From Laetmonice hystrix (taxonomy: Eukaryota), in NCBI GenBank assembly GCA_965235115.1, contig OZ249436.1, forward strand, positions 46,998,001-47,062,000: a stretch of DNA of 64,000 bases, read 5' to 3'. A model generated the notes under the pieces. It saw only the letters and a program-made list of their open reading frames with translations, did no database searches and was not told the DNA's origin. This document shows positions 51,893 through 61,763 of the stretch, piece by piece. Numbering within the stretch: the first letter of the stretch is position 1; every line of letters starts with the position of its first letter. Both the position numbers and the translations under genes were made by a program.

Positions 51893-53306
51893 CTGGAACA
51901 AGTCGAGGAAACAATGTGTCACTAGTAATGACCTTCACTTGTCCTTGGTGACAACTGTCAACATTAACATGATTCTTGCCAGCATATCATGGCAGGTTCA
52001 TTTAATACTATATAACGCCCCCCACCCCCTCAAATTTGAAACCTAATTTCCCCCAACCATCCAGCCCACTGACCCCATCCCCCCCCACCCCCCCCAAAAA
52101 AAACCACCTATATACTCAAAAGGGAGGAAGATGTATTCTGACAGCACAGATTTCAGGTAAAACAACTCTCTCCACAAGCACTAATACAGGCCTGAGACTG
52201 AGAGAGTTATGTCTGACTTCAGATCCTAATGCCCTGCTCCACGCCAGGCCTTTTCATTCAAGGATCTCTGGGGTTGAGAGGTTGACAGGCGACATTCCTA
52301 CTCTGGACGACAACCTAGGGATACTGTATTGATACCTGACCAGAAAAAACCTGGGTAACTTTATCATGAACTGAGATTGTGTCTTTAGTGTTTTTAATTT
52401 CAACACTTGACAATGATCCAACGAATTAAGTACCTGACAAAACCTTCCACACTGATTTCTCTGAGTGTACAAAATTATTTTTCTCTCTCAAACTGAGTAC
52501 TGTTTCTGCTCCCTGTACAGTATGTAAACACATGGGGGAGGTGCTATCCTCACTATCTTCCAGCCATAAATTGGACTGTCAAAAGTTTCTTAGTTCTCAC
52601 TCATTCTTCATAATAGAGTTCACTTTCCTAGACACCAGGAAAGAGCTTGATTGCATATTAATGTTCCACATTGTGGTGATTGGGGCATGGTAGCCTGCTT
52701 TTTGTGCTAAAGTTGGTAACTGACCCATGACAAAGACAAAACCTGCACAAAAATTTAGGTCACTTTCTAAGGATATGGTTATTACCTTTGATGACAACTA
52801 ACTCACGAAATATAGGAAAAAAATTAAAACTTTTAAGAATGCATGCATGCTGAAGGTGAGAAAAGGGAATTCCACCTAACTGATGCATACTAGAACTTTT
52901 CATGCATGAATCTCTTCAGAATCACTTCAGGAGCAACAGGGCAAAAATTCTCTCATATATGTCCAATCCTGATAGAAAGTATGTTTTTTTTCCAAATTTG
53001 TAGATATTGCCAACAAAGACATTCCATTCAAAAAACATTGAACTACATGCATTATCCAAACAAAATACACATGTATACTCAAATTGTCCAGTTTCAACCC
53101 CCCTCCCTTATTCTAACATAATTTTCAGCTAAAAACAATTTTAAAGAAATTTCTTTGAAATTATTAAGCAGATATTCCTTAGATAAGTGATAATTCATAC
53201 CAAAAAAAAGACCAATACTTATGTCCTCAGGACTGTCATGCAAAAAACTTTGGATAATGAATTAAACTAAAACACCTAAGTCTTTCATATGATTCATATG
53301 TCTTAC

Positions 53307-54083
53307 CGTTTCTCTGTTTGGGGGTACCATGCCTGATGGCACAGGCCATGCTGAACATCCTGGCTGAACAATTTCACTCCCCGCTAAAGATGCTGCGTCT
53401 CCTGACTGAAATGATGCCTGCGCTGCTTGCACTGCTAGTTCATCAACAGACACTAGGTTTGGCCACGGTCCTGCCTGGGCATGACTGCCACCCATTGGTA
53501 AGTGGGGGCTAGCCTGTTCGTACTGACCAGGAAATACTGAGTGATTTTCTGATGGAGTGTTTGTACACAAGACTGGTGATGAGGATGTCATGTTATTTGG
53601 AGATGATCTGTGAGAATGTCCATGTCGGCTTGTCTGGACCCTTCTTTGCCCAGCCACAATGCTTGCTGCATGGGCAACATTCTCAACCTTTACAGAGGGT
53701 GTGTCGACAATTAAACAAGCTTCACCACCTTTCAAACTTTCCCGTTTTACCCTCCGATGGTCTGTATTTGGTGAACTTTCATCACCTTGTGTGTGAACCT
53801 GAGATGTTGAATGCGAAGAAGACCGTCTCCGTTTCTTTGAAGGCGTTCCCTCCAGCTGTTCTTCTGATTGGACATCTGGCTGATAAAGTTGTTTAGGTGT
53901 TTTATCAAATGTCTCACTAATGTGAACAAAAAATACGTCTTTACTGTCTATGCGCACCCCCAGCAGACCTTCAATACACAGATCATCGTCAAACTGTAAG
54001 CTGTTTTTACACAGAAGTGTCACAGTGTCAATTAGAAGGTGTTTCACTTGTTCTTGGCTGGCCTTCATTTTGGATACATCCAT
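53307..54083 (-). CDS. Zinc-finger gene A: constant N-terminal coding exon (conserved domain LLIDTVTLLCKNSL...CIEGLLGV.ID..DVFFVHISETF)
   Basis: ORF 53262-54134. Acceptor ctttatatag before 54117, ATG at 54083, donor ACG|gtaaga at 53307 (phase 0). Strong similarity to the + strand exon at 57023-57856. Confidence 0.8.
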
Positions 54084-54889
54084 GTCAAATCCTGTCTGTG
54101 TCTTTCTGTCGTCAAACCTATATAAAGGAATCAAAAACAGAAATAAGCACTTTATAATCTGATACTTTGTATCTGAATTCTGAAACAGGATTACACCAAC
54201 AAAAATGTATTTAAATTTACCTGTATAAATTAAATGGGCCTATATATGTCCCCCCATATTTTCTTCTTCTTCTTTTTTTTTTTTTTGAGGGCGGGGGGCA
54301 CATCACTACAAAATCAACTGTTCAACCCACAGTCTCAGGCAAACAGCATTCCACAATACATATACATATCTCTGATGACTAGTTATAGGTCTCAAGCAGC
54401 AGTGCACTGCAAAATGATGATTTTCATCCAGGTCAAACCGGTAACCAGTCGATATGGCCCAGGACCATTATGGTCAAACCCATGATGGCATTTGCAAGGA
54501 TTAGGCCTAGTTGGATAGGAGAGCCCTGCCACTGTACTAGTGTAACGCTAGGCCTAACTGACACTGACAGTGGCCAGGGAGTGTGTACACCCGCGGGGAC
54601 CTTAGCCTATGCGGTAAAAGAAGCTAAAAGACAGTTATAGGTGTGATTCAACATACGCCAGACCATTAAGTAATAGGCCTAACTGCAAAATACATTTTTG
54701 TTGTGTTGATTGCATTTAGATCGCAGATCTAGGCCCCTCGAGTCCCTTTGGCTTTGAAAATAACTGGCGATAATGGAGGCATTTTTCACCCTTTATCAAA
54801 ATACTGAAATAATGCGAGAACTCCTTCGTGTTAAACTGTTACACTAAATTGAATGCATACGAAAATAAACAGAACACGTATTCACGTAC

Positions 54890-55097
54890 CGATATACTGT
54901 GTGTAGGCTGCGTGACCTTGTAAACATAAGTTACACGATTTCCTGGGTTCGAAACCCGCCTTCGTTCTCAACAAAGCAGCTCGCACCTGCTGGCGTCGCT
55001 ACTGTAGCGCCATCTGCCGTCACGAACAGTAAAATGGTGAAATACTGGAGCAAAGATACTTCTGCCGGTGCATCTGGTAATCATAGAGAATTTTACC
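54890..55097. promoter_or_regulatory. Putative bidirectional promoter with divergent non-coding first exons of the two zinc-finger paralogues
   Basis: Outward-facing donors: - strand ATCG|gtacgt at ~54889 and + strand TACC|gtgagt at 55098. CpG-containing core with TAGCGCCATCTGCCG (55005-55019). Confidence 0.55.
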
Positions 55098-55634
55098 GTG
55101 AGTATGTAAAAAAGGTCATTCGTCGTGATGTCTAATTCTGTCTTAAATTGTAGTGATCATAGGCAAAGACAAAGAAAAGTCAGATTTTGGGTTACAGAAT
55201 GTATTTTGGCGGTAATTTGTGCTGGCGTCTGTGAAGAAAGCGACGCTGATGAGAGCGCGTCCATATTTAGGTATCGCGAAGCCGTTTTTAACGGGTGCAA
55301 ACTGCCTTGTATTGTAATCTTAGTTACTAATTTCTTACAACCACATAAACACCTTGGCTTCATTTTCCTCTTGGCGGATCCGGGGAGATCAAGGGGGAGG
55401 CCCCTCCCCTTGGCGTCAATTTGTCTCTTTCCCATAGTCATAGACTGAGATAGAGACTTAGACTTAGAGTGTTCTGAGAATTAACCATGTTTGACCCCCC
55501 TTTGGCCTTGGCTTTGGGTTTTGGCTTTGCCAGATTCCCCCCATCCCATCTAAATGTGTTATCAGTGATGTTGTGCTTTGATACTAAATATTATATTCAT
55601 CCAACCTTTCAATTGCTCCTGTAGCCCTTGTAAA

Positions 55635-55915
55635 CAGGGTTCGCAGACTCCTGGAAACTCCTGGAAAATCAAAAATCCGTTTTCCAGTACTGGAAAGTCC
55701 TAGAAAACCAGTCAGACTCCTGGAAACTCCTGGAAAAATCATAAAATGCTTTGGAACAACATAATGCTTGGGTTCAGTTTTGCTCTTTATTGCATTTAAA
55801 AATCACTGAAAAGTAATAAGTATTAGAACTTAAGTCCTGGAAAACTGCGATTTTATCCTGGAAAACTCCTGGAAAACTCCTGGAATTTTGGTTTCCTCTA
55901 ACTCTACGAACCATG
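55635..55915. mobile_element. hAT-like MITE with 5-bp TSD
   Basis: GTAAA|CAGGGTTCGCAGA ... TCTACGAACCATG|GTAAA; subterminal CTCCTGGAAA repeats. Confidence 0.65.
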
Positions 55916-56179
55916 GTAAATTTGTCCACTTTGAAGTGACTGTTATTTCCACTGATTGTTATTCTAATCTTTTTTTTTTTAAATCAAAGACTACAATATT
56001 TGATTCATTTTATTTACATAAGTCTAAGGAAATTGCAAATCAAATTTTAAATATTGCTCCTCAAACAAACCCAATGAAATTGAATGAATAGCAAAATTGC
56101 TCCAGGCCCGACAAAACTTATTTCGAGCCTTGTATAGACGTCAGTTCCTATCCTACAGCATAGGATGATCATAGTTATC

Positions 56180-56625
56180 CAGTGTTCTAACTAGAAATAT
56201 TTCTCACAGTGGGGGCAAGGTGATAGACAAACACCGAAGGTGTGCAGTCGCGAGTGCTAAAGACGTCAAGCCCACCAGAGGGGGGTCTGGGTGGGTTCTC
56301 CCCCCAGGAAAATTTTGAAAACATGCTCTTTAAATGGTGCATTTGAGATGAATAAAATGCTGAACCCACCAAGGTGATTCCCCTTGCGACGGCCATGCGA
56401 TTTTTGATTTAATGGTGGAATTTCACTCTGAAATTTTTCCTGGCTGGCCTTCTCCGTTTCAGGAAATGGGTTCCATCCTTTAATCTCAAAATTACAGTAA
56501 AATAAAAGGGTGATGTCAAAATCGCATGGGAGTCGCAAGGGGAATCGCCTTGGTGGGTTCAGCACTTTAAGGCAGCAGAAGGAGGCGGGGGAGCGCCGCG
56601 GCGCTGTGGTTCAGTTAGAACCCTG
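56180..56625. mobile_element. hAT-like MITE with 6-bp TSD
   Basis: GTTATC|CAGTGTTCTAACT ... AGTTAGAACCCTG|GTTATC; internal inverted pair at ~56358-56405 and ~56518-56565. Confidence 0.65.
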
Positions 56626-57022
56626 GTTATCAACTATGCCACTAGGTGGCTGCGAGCATGGTCTAACAGATGAGACTCACTTTAAACTGTGTTTTTATCA
56701 AAAACTGTATACTTTGTGAGATTGTATGGACTGTCTTACAAAGTTACATTATATCGGAAAAACAGATTGCTAATCAAAATCTTCAAAAACTGCTCTCATC
56801 AGTTTTGTAATTTTGTAAAGTTAATTATCCCGTCATGTATTTGAAACATTATTATTTTGTTCTGTTTCTTTTCTTCCAGTATAGTCCTATTCTACATGAA
56901 GGCATCTGAATGAAGACATTTTTAGCTGCTCCATATGAAGATCTCAAAAAGTTTAACACATGGTTATATGTACCTGCAGTTTTGCTAAATAGATAGCATA
57001 AAATTTGCAGCAGCTGTCAAAA

Positions 57023-57856
57023 ATGAAGGCAGACCAAGAACGTGTAAAAAATTTGTTGATAGACACAGTGACATTGTTATGTAAAAACAGTCTGACGTAC
57101 AAAGATGAACTTTGTATCGAAGGACTTCTAGGAGTGAAAGTGGACCATAAAGATGTGTTCTTTGTACACATCAGTGAAACTTTTGAATCTGTGGTACCCA
57201 AGGTACACAGTCCAGCATTAGGCCAACAGCAGACAAAGCATGGTAATGATGCAGCAATCCAACCAGATTCACTCTCACAGAAATCCGGCTCTCATCCAAG
57301 AATACCTATACATGTTAAGGAAGAGGGTGCCCACACAGAAGCAGATGATGACCCAGTGATACTGGAGGAAGCTCCGTCCCTGATGAAACCTGAATCCATA
57401 GGAGCCCAACCAGCCCACATAATAGCAGGACAAAGGCGTGTTGTCCGGAGACATGCAGAAACTCGCTCAGCCACACAGGCTGGCCTCACTTCTGATGGAA
57501 GTCCACGTATGGCAGGCGGCAGCGGGGGCTTCCAGGATTCCAGTTATTCTGAGTATAGTGTAATGGGTGGTAATGGTGATACAGACACTGGAGAACCACT
57601 AGCTAAGAGACCTTATAAGTTAGAAACAGAGGAAGAATCGTTTCACTCAGCAGACGTTCATTCTGATGTAGGAAACAATCCGTGGCCAAATATTGCACAT
57701 ATAGGAGATATGGCAGCTCACATGGCACAAAGTACATTCCAAGAAGGTGAAAATCCAATGTCCCAAGGGGGAGAGATGATGCAGCCAGGGTGCTCAACGT
57801 GGCCAGTTGCGACAGGACTCATGGGATCTGGGCCTACGAGAGGACCTTCAGAAATG
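57023..57856 (+). CDS. Zinc-finger gene B: constant N-terminal coding exon, paralogous to gene A
   Basis: ATG 57023 (MKADQERVKNLLIDTVTLLCKNSL); acceptor ttcttccag at 56879; donor ATG|gtaggt at 57856 (phase 0). Shares I(I/V)AGQRRV, PWPN and QPGCSxWPV motifs with gene A. Confidence 0.8.
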
Positions 57857-59472
57857 GTAGGTACCACTGCATATATCTAATACAGCATTGGTTGTGATCA
57901 CAAGTGGAAACAGAGCTGTGGAAATCAACAGAATGTTTAGAGTTATTTGCAGAACAAACCATCCAAGATATTTAAAACTTTGATCGTGGATGGTTTAGAG
58001 CAGTCTGTGAAGATCTTTTAGTCATACAGACACGTCACAGACTAGGAATACGACTTGTGGAAAAAGTGACCTGTGAGAGGTTGAAAAGTGGAAATGAGTA
58101 TTGGGAAAGAAAAATTTAATTGTTCATGGAGTTTATTGTTATTTTAAAATACAGCACGGTTCCACTTGGGTTGCATGCAATAAAGTAAGCATCCATGGAA
58201 AACAAAAATATTACCATTATAAAGTATTTTGAAATTTTAGAGAGGAGCCTTCAGCCTTGGTTAAAATTTACATTTGATACAAGTCCAAAAGATGCTCCGA
58301 GTTTGTACAAACAACAGTACTAGGCATTCACCACATTGAACAGAGCTCTATGATTTAGCTGTGAGGACAATCTTATCAAATTTTTTGTTTGGAAATATAT
58401 ATTCTGGAAATATATTCCTTAACCAAAGAAAACATCGCCAGGCCAGCCTTAAAAAACTGTTTGTTCTGAAGAATTGTCTGGGAAAAATCACAGGCCATGA
58501 GGAATTCTTTTTTTTTTTGGGGGGGGGGGGGGGGGATTTTCTTCCCCTGCTGGAAGAGTCATACGGCTGGATTCTTCGGAACAAACAATTTTTTAAGGTC
58601 AGCCTCATGCTTAAGAATATATTGGAACAATGGAAGCAGTTGTATGCTATACAGTTATTTAGTTTAGACTACAGCTGCAATCTTAGTGTTGACATTCTGC
58701 AAGATGGTCCTCTTGGTTCACCTATGGCTGCTTACTGAACTACACTTTTTAACAATTGATGAAACGTTATCACAAAGTAGAGAACTGCTTAAAAAGCACA
58801 GTAAAACACAAACTCCATCATTTGTCTGATGCGCTGCACATCTGGGACATTGAAAAAGGATTTTTAACTTTCTGCTATGCTGAACATTAAATATTGTGAT
58901 ACCAACTTAGCTCACTAGGGGAAGTGGCTTGATTCCCTCTTGTGGTGAACTGATGAAGTTCTGCAGACAAGTGTGCCCCCTGGTGAGAGGCTTGTAAAAG
59001 AAGTTCAGTGTATGTGTATACTAATGTTGTTTTATTAGAGTCTTCGTCTATGTAACTAAGTGCTTTCACAGCACAAAGTTAACGATGTCTTTAATTTAAT
59101 GTAAGTTAAAGAAATATTGTTAAATGTGTTTCTGAAGAGATTGTAGAGGAATAAGTCTCCTGATCCAGTAATATCTATTTGGGTAAGTATGAGATGGTTA
59201 CAAAAATGTGCAGGTTGGTCACATTCAAGAAATGGAGAAATTCGGTAACAGTACTAACACTCATAAGAATTCTTCTGTCACATTTACCCTAATGATATTA
59301 GGCCTGATACCCAAAGTGGTAATCTTGCAACATGCAATATTTTTAATTTCATGTTATTTTTAATTTTTGATTACACCAGATTTAACTTTGTCAGCTGTTA
59401 ATAAATATAAAATAAATCTTTTACTGGTGATGTACGGAATCAGTTCACACTCTTTGGCATTGATATGCTATA

Positions 59473-59873
59473 CAGGTTGTCCCCTCCCCCTCCTAAAAAA
59501 AATGTCCAGGCCAAACCAGGCAACCTCAGCCTATGTTCCCCCGTATCCTGATAGGGAATCTTCTTACATGAAAAATAGTCTTTTTATCATCAAAAGCAGT
59601 CAGGCAAATCAAAAGCTATGCTGTTTTTGGTGGAGCGAAGTATTTGTCTCTTTTTACAGTGGCCAGTTCTAGCTGTCAGATTTATAAGGAGATCTGGCTA
59701 ATGAACTAGGGTGTGAATTTGCTGCACTAAAAATTGCATAACTTTTGATTTGCTTGACTGAATTTTATTAAATAAAGACTGTTTTTCATGTAAGAAGACT
59801 TCCCATCAGGATCCGGGGAAGATAGATTCTTAGATTGCCTGGTTTGGCGTGGACATTTTTTTGGGGCACCCTG
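59473..59873. mobile_element. Tc1/mariner-type MITE
   Basis: TA|CAGGTTGTCCC...AAAAAAATGTCCAGGCCAAACCAGGCAA ... TTGCCTGGTTTGGCGTGGACATTTTTTTGGGGCACCCTG|TA. Confidence 0.7.
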
Positions 59874-60625
59874 TACAAGGTTATTAAGGAATTAGTCACA
59901 ATGGTATGTGTCTAAACGTGAAACATTGTGGAGCCTCTCTAATTGGTAAATATAAATCATGGTAAGTTAACTTCATTAAATCTATGCAAACTGGTTTTTG
60001 CATGAATTAAATAAACATTTGCTTCATCAAAATGCCAAGACCATGAACAAACTATTTGAGCGGAATAACCATCTATGATCTGATATAGGGCAACTTCAGA
60101 AGTGCCTCCTTCCCTTAATGTGTGACCGAGGGTTTTTGCTCTCCGAGTCTAAGCCAATATTTAGAATCATTATGACATAGTTTCTCCGTCTGCATCCCTG
60201 GGAGCAGTAACTACTTAAGGAAGAAGTTATATGTTCGCAGTACATGTTCTTTAGATTGTGTTGGAGAAAAGATTACACAAGTTGTGAAGGTAACCTTTTT
60301 ACTGTGTACTCTTGATTTGCAAACTTCATACAGTTCAAGACTTTTTTTCTGTGTTCATCTCAAAGCATACATGAGGGAAAGTACATTATTTGTACGTCGC
60401 ATACTTATCTGAAACGAAAGTCCTTGGAAAACGTGTGGACCTTAAGTAGTAAGAGCAGATAGCCGTGTTGGATTTGATGTGACCTTGACCCTAACCTATA
60501 ATAGAACCAGTGGGATGTCAAGGGGCAGCCATGTAGGCCTCCGGTAATTTGCAAGCCTGTTTCTATATGGGATAAACAGAGATACGCAAGAAGTTACAAA
60601 ATGTTCTCTGTTGCACGTTTTGCAG

Positions 60626-61051
60626 ACGGCCATCCCCTCCGCCGTCCCAGCAGGCCCTGCCCCGTCAACTTCCGGTTCCGCCCCCTTTCTTCCCCATGGT
60701 ATGGATAGACTCCTTAGTGGGCTCAGACGGCTGGGGAGGGAGCCAGGCCACAGATCCAATCCGTCTCGTAGTCCTAAGGAGAAAAAACATTGCTGTGGTG
60801 AATGTGGCAAGGGCTTTGTGAGCATGGCCGATTTGATGCGTCACAAAAGGACCCACACAGGCGAGCGACCCTTTGAGTGTAAGATATGCGCCTCGGCCTT
60901 TGCTATAGAAAGTAATTTGAAGAAACACATGCGAGTGCACACTGGCGAGCGGCCTTACCATTGTCCATTATGTGGCCGCAGTTTTGGATATGCAAACGTA
61001 CTCAAGCAACATCTTCGAACTGTGCACGGTCAGCTTCTACCAGTGACATAG
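60626..61051 (+). CDS. Zinc-finger gene B: terminal exon (3 C2H2 fingers)
   Basis: Acceptor gttttgcag|ACG in phase 0; three C2H2 fingers with TGERPF/TGERPY linkers; AATAAA at ~61415. Confidence 0.82.
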   Translation, partial: TAIPSAVPAGPAPSTSGSAPFLPHGMDRLLSGLRRLGREPGHRSNPSRSPKEKKHCCGECGKGFVSMADLMRHKRTHTGERPFECKICASAFAIESNLKKHMRVHTGERPYHCPLCGRSFGYANVLKQHLRTVHGQLLPVT

Positions 61052-61763
61052 CAGTAATGCCAACAGTTGAACTTTCTCATTTATCTGAATACTCTGTGGA
61101 TAGGCCGCAAGGACACAAGTTCCGAATCGCAATTCTCATCCAGGAAGTGCATTTCTAGATGAACAGCACTGCATGAATTGATGATTTTATAGACTTGAGC
61201 TTCCTTAGGGTGGCTGGTCAGCATTGTATGGGGCAATTGTGCTCCGAGTCTTTTATGATGTAACTGTGAAAGATTGACCAATTCTCACGACGCGACTCGG
61301 ATTCAGCCAGACTTGGATCAAACCACCGATTGAAGGACCTCCCCGGAGTTTTATAGTTGCCATACATAATGTGGATTGTTTACCTATAGTACTGTAAGTT
61401 AGTGTTTTACTGTTAATAAAACGGCACCCTTAATCAGGTGGATTACAAGCAGAAAATCTGTGCCGTTTCCTGCGATCCCACCGACATCCATGGATTTATA
61501 ATCTTGTCATTTTAATGTTTCATTCCCAGATCATCCTAGGAACACCACAGTAATTTTTTATATCAGAGCACTGATCTGAATCTTAGGGAAACTAGTTTCT
61601 TTCTAGGGTTATATTACATGGGGGGGGGGGGGGGGGGTAAAAAGATACCATCCTGCAGCAACTCTGGGAGAGTTGCCCTTTTGAGGAGGACCCCTTTGAA
61701 AAGTGCTATGGGGTCATTCCATGCGGAATCACCTGAAATCCAGAAATCTTCCCAGGTGACCAT

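Noticed and set aside
58361..58738. Possible additional terminal exon of zinc-finger gene B
   Set aside because: No zinc-finger motif, weak acceptor, and the ORF crosses T/G homopolymers.
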